From the IMG/VR virus record IMGVR_UViG_3300018080_000118, positions 1-64,000 of that record: a DNA stretch of 64,000 bases. One strand, written 5' to 3'. Below the pieces are notes generated by a model that saw only the letters and a program-made list of their open reading frames with translations, was not told the origin of the DNA and ran no database searches. The position numbers and the translations under genes are program-made. The DNA is from a virus. Shown one piece after another: positions 16,322 through 27,318 of this stretch; positions within the stretch are counted from its first letter, which is position 1; every line of letters starts with the position of its first letter.

Positions 16322-18325
16322 ATGGAGGAACCTTCTTTGACTCTTCTTCGTAGCCCAGACCGCTTCGCGTTGCCCGTGGCCGAGTTCCTGCGCACTCTGA
16401 TGCGCGAGGGATTCCCAAACTACCCCACGGGCCAGGGCAGTGCTTTCGGCGATGTCTTCATCCTCCCGGCAGCCTTCATGACCCAGCGTTACCGCGATGA
16501 GCTGAACGTCCTGAAGCGCAACGCCTCAGCGATCAACTACCAGACCATGCTGGAAGAAGAGATGGACCGGCTCGCGGCCAATTTCCTGGTCGCTCGCCGT
16601 GAGGGTGTGCGCTCGTTCGGCACCGTCCGGGTGTTCTTCCCCGAGCTACAGCCTGTGAGCATCTCCACTGATGCCGTATTCTTCGACGACCAGAACCATC
16701 GCTGGTCGCCGATCTCTTCCGTGCTGCGTACCATCGACGAGATGGCTCAGAATCTGGTGCAGGATACCGGCGAATACTATGTGGACGTCTCTGTGATCGC
16801 CGAGGCCACTGGGCCGGAGTACCGCGCTTCAGAGAACCAGGTCAGCGGGTTCAGCGGCATCAATGGTGCGTCCAGGGTGGACAATCCTCTCGCGTTCTCG
16901 GACGCCAAGGCTGACGATACCAACACCGACGTGATGATCGCCGTCAAGAACAGCGTCACGAACAACGACCTCGTGAAGACGCGGGCAATCCAGAAGGATC
17001 TGCGGGACAACTTCTCCTCGATCCGGAGCATGCAGGTGGTAGGCTACGGGCACTCCGCGATGACTCGCGACGTGGTCGACGCCGTTGTCTCCATCCAGGA
17101 GATGCTGCCCTTCTCTTACGCCGAGAAGTACAACCTTCCGCTGGACTCCTATGGCGAGGTGAACTACTTCGATGACTCCGGCAACGTCGTGGTCGCTCCT
17201 GCCGGCGGTATCGTGGCAGCCATTTCCGATCTGACCGGCCTCGACTACAACTCGCTGGATGTGACCCTGGACGGCGAGAGCAGCGAGATCGTCTCCGTTC
17301 AGCCCGGATTCCGCGTGAGGATGTTCCAGGCCGACGGGATCTCCAACGACCCAGACGAGGGAGACTACTTCGTCACTCGTGTCGAGGAGGTGCCCACAGA
17401 GCCACTCGGAACGCCGATCAAGGTGCTGCGGCTGGACCGCCCCTTCAAGGACCCGGACCTGAGCACCTTCGATCCCGTCGCCGATGCCCAGAAGTACAAG
17501 TACACCATTCTGGGTCCTGTTCAGATCAGCCAGTTCCACGTGGGCGGCAAGGTGGATGTCTACGTGGACAGCTCAGCCGACTCGGAAGAGGTCGTGACGG
17601 TCACGGCGCTCACTGAGGTAGTGCCGGGTTCCGGCATCGGAGAGGTCCCCATTGTCTCCGACGTTCCCACGGACATCATCACCAACCTGCCCGTTTTCGA
17701 GAACGACACCGGCTTCCTACTGCCCTTCCTCGGCGTGGTGAAGATCGAGCAGATCGCGGCTGACAACGATCTGGCTGTGGAGCGCACCCTCGTAGAGGGC
17801 GAGCACTACGTCTACATCTCGCAGGAGTCTCGCAGCCGGTTCACGACGTCGGACTACAGCGTCATCCGGATCATGGGCGAGGACGAGGACGGAGAGCCCC
17901 TGTTCATCGGCAAGCGCCTGAAGATCACCTACCTCACCAACAAGGACATCCCCCTGATGCAGGAGTATGTCGACGACCCGTTGGAACGAACGGAGTCGAC
18001 GGACATCATGGTCTACTCTACCGAGAAGGCTCTCACGGACATCTCGCTACGGTATCGTGGGGATGTCGAGCTGGAGACGGTGAAGGACGTGTTGGACAAA
18101 CTCATCCTCTCCAAGGTTCCAGGGGGCACTCTCACGGCGAGCGAGATCGAGGTGACGCTCGGCCTGATCGGCGTGGAATACGTCGAGCACCCAATGCGGA
18201 TCACAGTGACCTACCAGACCGGCTCGGGGCAGACGCAGATCACATCGAGCGAGGACTCCGTCTCTGTCGAAGACACCCAGTCCTTCTATCCGGTGTCTGA
18301 CCTGTCCGTGGAGAAAATCGGCTGA
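16322..18325 (+). CDS. baseplate wedge protein, gpJ/gp47/T4 gp6-like
   Basis: GSAFGDVFILP, MDRLAANFLVARREG..SFGTVRVFF, VSVIAEATGPEY and VDNP..FS fit a baseplate-J N-terminal domain. Confidence 0.7.
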   Translation: MEEPSLTLLRSPDRFALPVAEFLRTLMREGFPNYPTGQGSAFGDVFILPAAFMTQRYRDELNVLKRNASAINYQTMLEEEMDRLAANFLVARREGVRSFGTVRVFFPELQPVSISTDAVFFDDQNHRWSPISSVLRTIDEMAQNLVQDTGEYYVDVSVIAEATGPEYRASENQVSGFSGINGASRVDNPLAFSDAKADDTNTDVMIAVKNSVTNNDLVKTRAIQKDLRDNFSSIRSMQVVGYGHSAMTRDVVDAVVSIQEMLPFSYAEKYNLPLDSYGEVNYFDDSGNVVVAPAGGIVAAISDLTGLDYNSLDVTLDGESSEIVSVQPGFRVRMFQADGISNDPDEGDYFVTRVEEVPTEPLGTPIKVLRLDRPFKDPDLSTFDPVADAQKYKYTILGPVQISQFHVGGKVDVYVDSSADSEEVVTVTALTEVVPGSGIGEVPIVSDVPTDIITNLPVFENDTGFLLPFLGVVKIEQIAADNDLAVERTLVEGEHYVYISQESRSRFTTSDYSVIRIMGEDEDGEPLFIGKRLKITYLTNKDIPLMQEYVDDPLERTESTDIMVYSTEKALTDISLRYRGDVELETVKDVLDKLILSKVPGGTLTASEIEVTLGLIGVEYVEHPMRITVTYQTGSGQTQITSSEDSVSVEDTQSFYPVSDLSVEKIG

Positions 18326-21300
18326 TGCCTACGGCAGACTTCACCAACTTGCTCTCGCTGCTCGGAGACTTCTACCGGCGGCATGCTGACCTTCCCCAGT
18401 TCAAGCAGTTCTGGAAGGGGCTGGTCCGGATCCAGGATAACGAGTGGCTGCAGCTTGAGCAGACTCGCGACTCCCTCACGATGCCCTTCCTGCCCACCTA
18501 CATTCGGCACACACATCTGTACCGGCAGGTCAAGACCTGGTCCGACACGGGTGTCTTCCACAGGCACTTCAAGAAGGCTATGCGGGCCGGGACGTCCCAG
18601 AGCATCTTTTACCTGGGTGCGTTCGTGAACCCCCAGGAGACCCGGGTCTACTTGGAGGGCAAAGAGCTCGACCTGGAGACGGGCAAGTATGTCATCACGT
18701 ATGAGCAGGACACCACCCAGCCCTCGGTGAACCCACGAGGCAGCCGCCTGATCTTCCCGCACACGCTGCAGGACGGTGTGTCCGTGCAGGTCATCTCTGA
18801 CAGGGAGACCTTCTGGCTCGACGAGACTGTGACATCACCGACCTCTGTCCTGAGCTACGGTGGGGTTGCAAATGAGCTCTCGGTTCAGCTGAAGATCGAT
18901 TCACAGGACATCACGACCAGCACCCAGATCAACGGTGCCGGTACCGAGCTCACATACGTCGCCAGCGGAGCTACGAACCCCAACACAACGGACACCAGGC
19001 AGTTTTTGGCCGGGGAGGTCTTGCGGTTCGTCGATCCTTCTGGCAGTTACCAGGACGTCACGGTGCAGCAGACTGCACAGAGCGTGACCATCAGTCCTGC
19101 AGTGAGTCCGTCTTGCTCTGTCTTCCGCATGATCAATCTCGACATTACACCGGGGAAGGTCGTGCTGGAGGCGGATCGTGTCTCCGTACCAGGGCAGACC
19201 TTCTCTCCGAACGTGATGGTTCGTGTCCGCGACGCGGGCGGCCTTCAGACCGTTCACGTTACAGCACCAACCAGTGTCGTGACGTTCGATCGAGCAGTGA
19301 ATGTAGACGAGGCCGAGGTGACGATGTTCTCCGGTTCCATCTACCGGGGCATCACCATCGGCGACGAGACGGTGACGTTCGATCGGGCCTTTCAGGTTGG
19401 TACCCGCTTCCATGTTCTCGGCGACTACTACATGCTGCATGACCATGCGTCGCAGCATCAGGTAATGGATGGGACCGACGACATTGTCTGGGTGCCCTCC
19501 ACGCGGCCCATGGCAGTCCTCAACACGCCTTCGGGCATCGTCGAGGATCCAGAGCTGCCTGTGGAGGTCTATGTCGACGGCGCTCTGATTCCGGCAGATG
19601 ACTGGACCTTCCTGTCGGGCCATGAGACAACCGCTGTGCGTCTGATAGCCACAGGACAGCCCACACCCGTTCCCGCCGGCACGAATCTCAACCTCTACTA
19701 CACCGACCTCGAAGATGTGCGCCTCCACAAGCACGTGCGAGATCGTTTCGTGGCCGCCGATGGCCAGATAGCGTATCAGCTCTCGGAGCCGCACGACCTC
19801 AGGTATCCGTACTACGCCGTATTCGATGGCTTCCTGCAAGGCAACCCCGAGAACTCGGCTTACGCGGACAACCAGAACTTCCTTCAGGTGCTCCCCCCGA
19901 CGTCCGACAGTGTCATCGTCGAGGTACGGGGTGCCCGGATGGAATATCCCTATACGGCAGAGATCGACACCGATGTCGAAGAGTACATGTTCGTCGAGGA
20001 GGACGTCTCTCCGGCCCGGGTCATCTGGGCGCAGACGCTGCAGAACGGACTGGACCCGAGCGACACGATCCTGTCTATCCCCGTGCAAGACGGTGAGGAG
20101 GTCCTCGAAGATGGCTTCCTCATCTCTCCGATCCCGTCCACGGTCTCGGGTTTCACGCTCAAGTCGAGCGAGAAGTGGGAAGACCTGTGGTTCTTGCAGG
20201 CGGATGTCGACGAAAAGACGGCGTGGCGCAACTTCGGGTGGGTAATCGATTTCAAACGGGAGACCTCCTTTGACTACGTACGGACGATCCAAGCTCTATA
20301 CGCGGCCTACTTCAGGGGAAGTCAGCGCTACACCCTTGAGAACTTCACCAACCTGGTCATGGGATCGTCCTTCCTCGATGCTCCCGCAACGCTTTCAAGA
20401 GTTCAGGAGGGCCGCCTTCAGCGAGACGCGATCGTTGAATCCGTGGACGGCCAAACGCTGAGCTACGAGCTGTCCAACGACGTGCCTGACAGCCTCTGGC
20501 GCGGCGAACAGATGCCGAAGTTTCACGCGCTCACGCAGTATTGTCAGGTGCTGGACCTGACGGCAGAGAACTTCCCATGGCTCCCCGTGGCAGCCTCGGA
20601 CTTCTCCGTGGACTATGCCTTCGCCAAGTCTTTCGACTTCCAGAACCCTTCGATCATCACCGGCGAGAATCCTGCCTACGACCCTGTAGTGTATGAGTTC
20701 GTCGACGAGACCAAGGATTTCGTCGAAGGGCCGGAAGGCACTGTGTGGGTTGGAGATCTGATCGAGGTCACCTGGAGCGGCGGTTCCAAGGGCTACGGCC
20801 GCATCACGGAAGTCATTGATAAGACCAAGCTCAAGGTCAAACTTAATGTTCCAGAGGTGCTTCTGCCTTACGGGCAAGGCGCGTACGGCGGAGGCCCTCC
20901 GGGGCTCGTTCATGCTTACGGCGGAAGCCGTGCTTTCGAGCAACTGGTCAGCTACTCGATCTGGGTGAGGCGCATCCGACGGCTGGATTCTCACCACTTC
21001 CTGGACTCTTTGAGTCCTTCTGAGTTCTCATACGTCACAAGCGTCCTGGTGCCGCTGCTCGACAAGTTTGTCTTCCTGGTGAAGTTCAACTGGGCAGGGC
21101 TGAGCGAGGGCTTGTTGGGGGACGTGAAGCATTTCCTGGACACCGCCAAACCTGCGGCATCCAGATACATTGCTTTCAGCAACGTGAACGAGGACGACGG
21201 GATCGTTGACTCCGCCGGCCTTGAGTTCGCGGACGAGGTCACGGAGGTGGAGATCATCCCCAACCTGTTTGCTGTGGGCCTCGGCGCAATAGACGGCGGT

Positions 21301-21333
21301 GATCCGATTGGTGCTTCGATAGAGGTTGCCTAA
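18325..21333 (+). CDS. large baseplate/tail structural protein
   Basis: TGATG coupling after the J-like gene; beta-rich; C-terminal FLDTAKPAASRY resembles gpI-type wedge proteins. Confidence 0.6.
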   Translation: MPTADFTNLLSLLGDFYRRHADLPQFKQFWKGLVRIQDNEWLQLEQTRDSLTMPFLPTYIRHTHLYRQVKTWSDTGVFHRHFKKAMRAGTSQSIFYLGAFVNPQETRVYLEGKELDLETGKYVITYEQDTTQPSVNPRGSRLIFPHTLQDGVSVQVISDRETFWLDETVTSPTSVLSYGGVANELSVQLKIDSQDITTSTQINGAGTELTYVASGATNPNTTDTRQFLAGEVLRFVDPSGSYQDVTVQQTAQSVTISPAVSPSCSVFRMINLDITPGKVVLEADRVSVPGQTFSPNVMVRVRDAGGLQTVHVTAPTSVVTFDRAVNVDEAEVTMFSGSIYRGITIGDETVTFDRAFQVGTRFHVLGDYYMLHDHASQHQVMDGTDDIVWVPSTRPMAVLNTPSGIVEDPELPVEVYVDGALIPADDWTFLSGHETTAVRLIATGQPTPVPAGTNLNLYYTDLEDVRLHKHVRDRFVAADGQIAYQLSEPHDLRYPYYAVFDGFLQGNPENSAYADNQNFLQVLPPTSDSVIVEVRGARMEYPYTAEIDTDVEEYMFVEEDVSPARVIWAQTLQNGLDPSDTILSIPVQDGEEVLEDGFLISPIPSTVSGFTLKSSEKWEDLWFLQADVDEKTAWRNFGWVIDFKRETSFDYVRTIQALYAAYFRGSQRYTLENFTNLVMGSSFLDAPATLSRVQEGRLQRDAIVESVDGQTLSYELSNDVPDSLWRGEQMPKFHALTQYCQVLDLTAENFPWLPVAASDFSVDYAFAKSFDFQNPSIITGENPAYDPVVYEFVDETKDFVEGPEGTVWVGDLIEVTWSGGSKGYGRITEVIDKTKLKVKLNVPEVLLPYGQGAYGGGPPGLVHAYGGSRAFEQLVSYSIWVRRIRRLDSHHFLDSLSPSEFSYVTSVLVPLLDKFVFLVKFNWAGLSEGLLGDVKHFLDTAKPAASRYIAFSNVNEDDGIVDSAGLEFADEVTEVEIIPNLFAVGLGAIDGGDPIGASIEVA

Positions 21334-22652
21334 TGAAGAAGACGAATTACGAGCAGGGACAGATCCCCACGCCTGCGGACATGAACGACCAGCACATCCT
21401 GACAGAGGACGCGCTGGGCGCTCTCGTAGAGGCGATGACCGGAGGCCTGACTTCTGCGCTCCTCACGAACAGACCCCCGACGATCACCGAATCCGGGGCC
21501 AACTGGAAGCTGGACATCCCTGAGCAGTTCGCTGCCGTCCAGGGGCGCTACTTCAAGATCGAGGCGAGCTCTGTATCGCTCCCAATCCTCGACAAGAACT
21601 ACGGCGTCTACTTCATCCTGAAGGAAGTCGATGTGAATGAGACTCGCGAGCGTCTGCGCCTGTCAGGGTCGACGCCTGTTCGCGAGAACTTCACCCCGAC
21701 TACCCGGAAGGAAGAGGTATCTCGGATCGCCTACACCGAGTCTGTGAACTTGTCCGAGGACGCTCCGACGCCGTCCCTGTCGCCCGACGATGTGGGGTAC
21801 ATCCTCTTCGCCACAGTCGAGAGCGTTACGGGCACACCGCCGGCATCCACCGTGACACTCAACACCGGCGCTGTCTGGAATTTCCCTGGCGGCGGTCTGG
21901 CCGTTGGCCTCCACGCCCTCACGCACATGCCCGGGGGCAACGACCAGATCCCGCTGGCTACCCTCGGCGGCCCCCAGGGCAGCTCCGCAGGACTCATGCC
22001 CGAGACCGCACTGGCATTCGCCTACGAAGGCATCCAGGACGTCGTCGTTGCCTCCACGTCACCGTACCTTCTCGCGACGGACAGCGGGCAGAGCACGCTC
22101 CAGAGCCCGAAGAAGGTGACGCTGGAGATGAAGCTCCACAACAGCCTCGAAGTGAAGGACACGTCGGGGGTGAAGCAGCTGGGCATCCGTTTCGCGACCG
22201 GGCCGTACGCTGGCAACTCCGGGGTGGCCCCGCACTCGAACCACACGCACTCTCTGGCCGAGAGTCCGGTGACGGCGGACTCCGTTCTGGTGGACATCAC
22301 CTCCGCTGCCCAGCTTGGTTCGATCATCACGATCCCGCCCTTCGGCGCGATGTCGGACATCTACTCGATCCAGGTCCTATGGGGTCCGCCGACGCTCAAC
22401 ACGCCCGTCCCCGGGATCGAGTGCAACTGGTCCAAGACGACGACTGGCTTCGTCGGTGTTCGGGCGCACAAGTCTGCTGCCAACGAGGTTACCCTGGAGA
22501 TTGGTCGCGAGGGCCTCACGCAGTTCCAGGATTCTGTGCGTGACTGGATCATTGACAGGTATACCGGTTCGCAGACATGGGACTCGGCTACCTCTGACGG
22601 GACGACTCCCCGGAACGGCAAACTCTACGTGCGCGTGATAGGAATCCGATAA
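21333..22652 (+). CDS. tail fibre / baseplate structural protein
   Basis: Coupled ORF; HALTH..GGNDQI, SAGLM and SNHTH fibre-type motifs. Confidence 0.6.
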   Translation: MKKTNYEQGQIPTPADMNDQHILTEDALGALVEAMTGGLTSALLTNRPPTITESGANWKLDIPEQFAAVQGRYFKIEASSVSLPILDKNYGVYFILKEVDVNETRERLRLSGSTPVRENFTPTTRKEEVSRIAYTESVNLSEDAPTPSLSPDDVGYILFATVESVTGTPPASTVTLNTGAVWNFPGGGLAVGLHALTHMPGGNDQIPLATLGGPQGSSAGLMPETALAFAYEGIQDVVVASTSPYLLATDSGQSTLQSPKKVTLEMKLHNSLEVKDTSGVKQLGIRFATGPYAGNSGVAPHSNHTHSLAESPVTADSVLVDITSAAQLGSIITIPPFGAMSDIYSIQVLWGPPTLNTPVPGIECNWSKTTTGFVGVRAHKSAANEVTLEIGREGLTQFQDSVRDWIIDRYTGSQTWDSATSDGTTPRNGKLYVRVIGIR

Positions 22653-23185
22653 TGAAGGCTCAACCCAAAGACACAATGCACTTCAGCCTCAGCGGCAGCC
22701 TGGATGTCCTGGCCGTCGGCGACGGTGGTGCTGTGTGGCGCATCCAAGAGCACAACCTCATCTGCGACGACGTGAAGAAGATCATCCTTGGCCTCTTTGG
22801 TCGAGACCTCGACAACAAGATGATCTCCTACATCAGCGTCGGGACAGGAGGGGATCTCAACCCGGCGACCGGGCTCGACACCGGTGCCCGTGTGGCTCCG
22901 CAGCCACAGGAAGACGAGATGCGTCGCGAGATCCACCGGCAGTACATTGCCAACGTGGAATCGGACGAGGTGAACCTGAAGAACATCTACACAGCTGTGG
23001 TCTCTCCAGAGAATGCGATCAGCAACGACATCAACGAGTTCGGCCTCTTCTCTGAGGACGGAACGATGATGGCACACTTCATCACGGAGCCAGCTATCAG
23101 TGGTCGTGCGAAGACCTACCAGAAAACGGCGCTGCTCTACCTGGTGATCCGGTGGACCTGGGCACCTGTACTCCATAGAGGCTGA
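22652..23185 (+). CDS. tail-fibre collar / baseplate connector domain protein
   Basis: ISYISVGTGG and INEFGLFSEDGTMMAH patterns typical of tail-collar fibre proteins. Confidence 0.65.
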   Translation: MKAQPKDTMHFSLSGSLDVLAVGDGGAVWRIQEHNLICDDVKKIILGLFGRDLDNKMISYISVGTGGDLNPATGLDTGARVAPQPQEDEMRREIHRQYIANVESDEVNLKNIYTAVVSPENAISNDINEFGLFSEDGTMMAHFITEPAISGRAKTYQKTALLYLVIRWTWAPVLHRG

Positions 23186-23186
23186 G

Positions 23187-24221
23187 ATGGCTAAAAAGAA
23201 AGAGAAGAAAGAGAGCAAGCTCAACCTGAAGAAGCTTCGGGATATGACGCTGGCCTCCACTCTTCCCAGCGCCGGATCGTGGCTCGGCATCAAGGGCCTC
23301 TCACACCTGGCTGCGCGCCCTGCGAAGTCCGAGGTTGACCGGCAGCTCAACGTCAAGCTCTTGGAGCATGCCCAGGACAAGAATATCCTCGTGCGTAAAG
23401 GCTCCCACAGTGCCGCAGAGGCGTACATCTATCCGAAGAAAGTGAACCAGGCTATCGACCGGGCAGCTCGGCGCGGTATCAAGCTCACGATGGATACCCC
23501 GGAAGGACCTATTCCTCTCCAGGCACTTCAGGGCAAGAAGGTCGTCTGGCTCGGAGATGGGCTTGATACGTCCCCGGCGGTTTTTGCCCACGAGATTGGG
23601 CACCTGTCGGACAAACCACGACACCCTGACTGGAACCACGTGACCTTCACGATTCCGAACATCGCCGGCCCTGCGGGCATCGCCACGGCAGCGCTCGCAG
23701 GTGGTCGCGCAAAGACCCCAGAGGGAGCCGTTCGTGCTGGTAAGGCCGGCGCTATCGTGTCCCTCGTCGGCAGTCTGCCCATGCTTCTGTCCGAGGGGAG
23801 TGCATCGGTCAAGGGGCTGCGCACATTGCGGCGTAAGGGTGCCACACGCGGTCAGGTGGCTCGTCTCGGCGCGTCGAGGCTGCTCCCGGCCTTCGGCACC
23901 TATGCGCTGATGGCCGGTGCTCCGGCGCTTACCTCCTATCTGATCGGCAAGGCCATCGCCAAACACAAGAAGAAGCCCGAGGAAAAGAAAGGTGATCTCA
24001 AGAAGCAAGGTTCAGCCAAGACGTGGCTCCGTGATAACGTGTACTGGGCTCCCAAAGGCTCAGGACCGTTGCGTCGCATGTTTTCTGTGACAGGAACGAC
24101 GCGACCTAGACTGGTCCCGCGCACCAAAGAAGTGGCCAGGTTCCTTCTGGCGGACCTCGCAAAAGGGCGCAAGTCTACGGCATGGCGCGAGCTCAAGAAG
24201 TCCCTGCGGAGGAAGAAGTGA
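23187..24221 (+). CDS. putative zincin metallopeptidase with Gly/Ala hydrophobic segments
   Basis: VFAHEIGH motif and downstream SEGSAS as a candidate third ligand. Confidence 0.6.
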   Translation: MAKKKEKKESKLNLKKLRDMTLASTLPSAGSWLGIKGLSHLAARPAKSEVDRQLNVKLLEHAQDKNILVRKGSHSAAEAYIYPKKVNQAIDRAARRGIKLTMDTPEGPIPLQALQGKKVVWLGDGLDTSPAVFAHEIGHLSDKPRHPDWNHVTFTIPNIAGPAGIATAALAGGRAKTPEGAVRAGKAGAIVSLVGSLPMLLSEGSASVKGLRTLRRKGATRGQVARLGASRLLPAFGTYALMAGAPALTSYLIGKAIAKHKKKPEEKKGDLKKQGSAKTWLRDNVYWAPKGSGPLRRMFSVTGTTRPRLVPRTKEVARFLLADLAKGRKSTAWRELKKSLRRKK

Positions 24222-24949
24222 ACGAGGCGTTCTACAGAGGGTTTGTGAAGGAGGCGCTGGCTCCCGGCGCGGTTGAAGCCGCCGTAGGTCTCGGCATTGG
24301 CGGCCTGTTTGGCGGTCTTGCCGTCTACGACTTCTTCAAGGGACGCTCTCTGCCAACAGTCACCAAGAAGGACCTGGAGGGGCGTGGGGCCGAGCGTGTA
24401 GACGCAAGAGCGTGGCTAGCAGTGCTTCTCAAGAAGAAGCCCCTGAAGGAGCCCCCTGTCGTCGTCACCAAGTTCAGTCAGCTAGAACGACCCCTCAAGC
24501 GAACCGACTTCTCGACGCTTGAGAAGAGCATGATCCGCAAGATGGCGAAACAAGTGCTGGAGCACGGTACGAACGCCTTCGTTCTACCCGCCCAGGGGCG
24601 CGACATCATCGTCATCCCGCCCAAGATCCACAAGCACGTCGTCGAGCATGAGCTCGGCCACGTCCGGGACTTTGCCAAGCGTCCGTGGAAAAAGCCAGGT
24701 ATCCTGAAGTCCATGTTGGCGAGTGTGTGGAAGCCGACGTATCGCAAGCTCGTCATGGAACGAGAGGAGCGAGCCTGGAAACATACGAAAGCGAAGAAGC
24801 TGAAAGAGAAGGCGCTTGGATCCTACGAGCGAGGCTTTCACTACGGGCGTGTGGCCCCGGCAGCTCTCGGTGCCTACCTTGGCATCAAGGAAGGGCTGCG
24901 CGGTCTCAAGACACTAAGGAGTGCGGCGAATGCAAAACGTAGTTCATAG
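24218..24949 (+). CDS. putative zincin metallopeptidase with N-terminal AFYRGFVKEA tag
   Basis: GTGA overlap; HELGH motif and downstream EREERAW. Confidence 0.6.
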   Translation: MNEAFYRGFVKEALAPGAVEAAVGLGIGGLFGGLAVYDFFKGRSLPTVTKKDLEGRGAERVDARAWLAVLLKKKPLKEPPVVVTKFSQLERPLKRTDFSTLEKSMIRKMAKQVLEHGTNAFVLPAQGRDIIVIPPKIHKHVVEHELGHVRDFAKRPWKKPGILKSMLASVWKPTYRKLVMEREERAWKHTKAKKLKEKALGSYERGFHYGRVAPAALGAYLGIKEGLRGLKTLRSAANAKRSS

Positions 24950-27314
24950 ATACCATGGGCTGGATACGGCCCGGATCCACAACCAGCGGTTCGTCGAGAC
25001 CGTGCGTGCCGGCGTCTACTCGGGCTTCAAGCTTCGGGTGAACCCGGGCTATCGTGACCGTCTCGACATCGCGAAGGCGGACGCGCCGCGCTCCGTACTG
25101 GTGACTCCCGAGGGTGTCATCGTCGAAGAGACCACGGACGTTGTGAACGCCGTCAAGATCGACCCGGCGGATTCTCTCCTTACTCGGATCGATACCGTCG
25201 TCTGCGACTACACCTTCACCACCGACACCCAGCGCCCGGCAGAGTATCTGGTTCTTCGGGGGCGCAATCAGCTCGACATCAATACGGATCCGGTAGCCCC
25301 AGAACCCACAGGCAACCAGGTGGTGCTCGGGCACGTGACGGTGCGCCCACAGCTGGCCACAGGGGGCGTCGCCCAGATTCGGATCGACCAGACCGACATC
25401 CACAACATCGAAGAGGCGGACTACACGCTGTCGACGGACATCGCTGCGCTCAAGCCCGCCATCGACTTCTCGAACCCGAAGCGCATCTACGTCTATCCCG
25501 GGGTCTTCCCCAACTCGAATCAGACGTCGATCATTCGGTTCACCGGGGCCTACTCGGACGAGATCGACGGCACAGGCATGTCGGAGAAGGAGACACGGTA
25601 TTTCCTCTTCGGCATCTCGGACGACAAGCTCGTGAGCGTGGTCAGCGAGTCCTCAGACCCTGACTCCCTCTCCGGCTACGGCACGGAAATCCTGCCCTTG
25701 GCTATTGGGGAAGGGTACAAGAGCGGTGGAGATGTGCGTCTCGTGGGCCTGAGCGATGTGCGGTTTCCGTTCGCACGGCACCTGACTCCTGCTTTCGAGC
25801 AGGACATCTATCAGGACCTGCTCGGGAACAGTGTGTTCAACTACCTGCGCGTCGACGTGTTCGAGAACACCGATCTCATCGACCTGTCCACCGTGGCAGG
25901 GCCGACCGGCGTCGACACCAACCTGAGCGTCAGCATCAATCGGGCGGACACGAGCCTCACCTTCGAGTGGCTTGGCGTGGACGACCCAGACGAAGATGTG
26001 ACCGTCGTGACCAAGAATCTTCTCGGCGGCACACCGCTCACCAACGTCGAGCACTTCATGGTGTTCGCGGACACGACGATCCCGAACTTCTCTTTCGAGT
26101 ATTCCCTTGTCAGCGAATACACCGGCTTTACGGATCAGCGGTTCTCTGTGAACTCCCTGATCTCTATCCCGGCCGGGGGTGGTGGTCGCCTCTATCTGAA
26201 GTTCCGCGTTCCGAAGGACTCGTTCCTGATCAGCGCGGTCCAGAAGATCTTCAGCTACGGCCTCTACATGAACCTGGACGCCGAGACGCTGAACCTGAAG
26301 GTGGTCGGCGAGCTGGGGATCCAGAACCTCATCAATGCCACGCCCAACCTGATCGCCAACGGAAACTTCCACTGGTGGAGTCGGAACGACAAGAACGACT
26401 ACCGGCCTGACTGCTACGGACCGGAACGTGTGGACTACCTCACCACGTCCGATGCCCAGGACATCGACGCCGGGAAGGACGTCTTTGCAGCTGATGGCTG
26501 GCAGTTCACTCGTATTGAGTACGGCTCTTCGACGCGACAGATCAGCCGAGTGATCCTCAGCGAGGACGCGCTTGGGGCAGGCATCGACAACGCGGTCGAC
26601 ACCGCGTTGCTGTGGGAGGGTGAGGCCTCCCAGGGTGATACCACGGTCAGGACGAACCACCTGGAGTACCGGGTGCCTGTGGCTGCCGAGATGATCGGCG
26701 AGCGCGTCACCTTCGCCATCGACTTCCAGGCATCTGACCGGACCGGCATCGGTATTGGCATCGCCTTCTACAGCCGGGACGAGGCTGGCACCTTCGAGTT
26801 GCAAGGTTCGATCACGCAGACCGGGGCCGCCAGCTCGTCGGGCACTCTCTTGGTGGTCAGCGATACCGCAATCTCCGAGAGCACCTACGCTGTCGGACTC
26901 ATCCTGATGTTCCCTCAGACAAATGGAGACTCCGAGATTTACGTCTGGGATGCTCGGGCGGCGCGTGGCGTGTTCAAGGTTCTCCCGTACACCTCTTCGA
27001 TCCAGTCGCTGGACATGCTCAAGGGCTACTACGAGCGTGGGCGCGTCACAGCGACAGCTCGCCTCATCGAAGGCGACGACGTCTCGGCCAGCGTGCAGTT
27101 CGGGGCTACCAAGCACATGGGTCTGTCCAAGGACGCTGCGCTGGTCACGCAGCTCGTTTCTGGCGACACCGCAAACCGGTCACAGAACGTGGATCAGATC
27201 ACCTTCACCTCCGACCAGAACGGTTTCGTGGTGAACGGACGTGCCATTTCGTCCGGACTCACTAAAATAGATCTGGAGTGGGAGACATTTGTCCTCTACC
27301 CAGTTGTGGGGTAA
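24930..27314 (+). CDS. virion structural protein (tail/baseplate appendage)
   Basis: AAGGAG SD; PADSLLTRIDTVV and NLIANGNF motifs common in minor tail proteins. Confidence 0.65.
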   Translation: MQNVVHRYHGLDTARIHNQRFVETVRAGVYSGFKLRVNPGYRDRLDIAKADAPRSVLVTPEGVIVEETTDVVNAVKIDPADSLLTRIDTVVCDYTFTTDTQRPAEYLVLRGRNQLDINTDPVAPEPTGNQVVLGHVTVRPQLATGGVAQIRIDQTDIHNIEEADYTLSTDIAALKPAIDFSNPKRIYVYPGVFPNSNQTSIIRFTGAYSDEIDGTGMSEKETRYFLFGISDDKLVSVVSESSDPDSLSGYGTEILPLAIGEGYKSGGDVRLVGLSDVRFPFARHLTPAFEQDIYQDLLGNSVFNYLRVDVFENTDLIDLSTVAGPTGVDTNLSVSINRADTSLTFEWLGVDDPDEDVTVVTKNLLGGTPLTNVEHFMVFADTTIPNFSFEYSLVSEYTGFTDQRFSVNSLISIPAGGGGRLYLKFRVPKDSFLISAVQKIFSYGLYMNLDAETLNLKVVGELGIQNLINATPNLIANGNFHWWSRNDKNDYRPDCYGPERVDYLTTSDAQDIDAGKDVFAADGWQFTRIEYGSSTRQISRVILSEDALGAGIDNAVDTALLWEGEASQGDTTVRTNHLEYRVPVAAEMIGERVTFAIDFQASDRTGIGIGIAFYSRDEAGTFELQGSITQTGAASSSGTLLVVSDTAISESTYAVGLILMFPQTNGDSEIYVWDARAARGVFKVLPYTSSIQSLDMLKGYYERGRVTATARLIEGDDVSASVQFGATKHMGLSKDAALVTQLVSGDTANRSQNVDQITFTSDQNGFVVNGRAISSGLTKIDLEWETFVLYPVVG

Positions 27315-27318
27315 CAGT

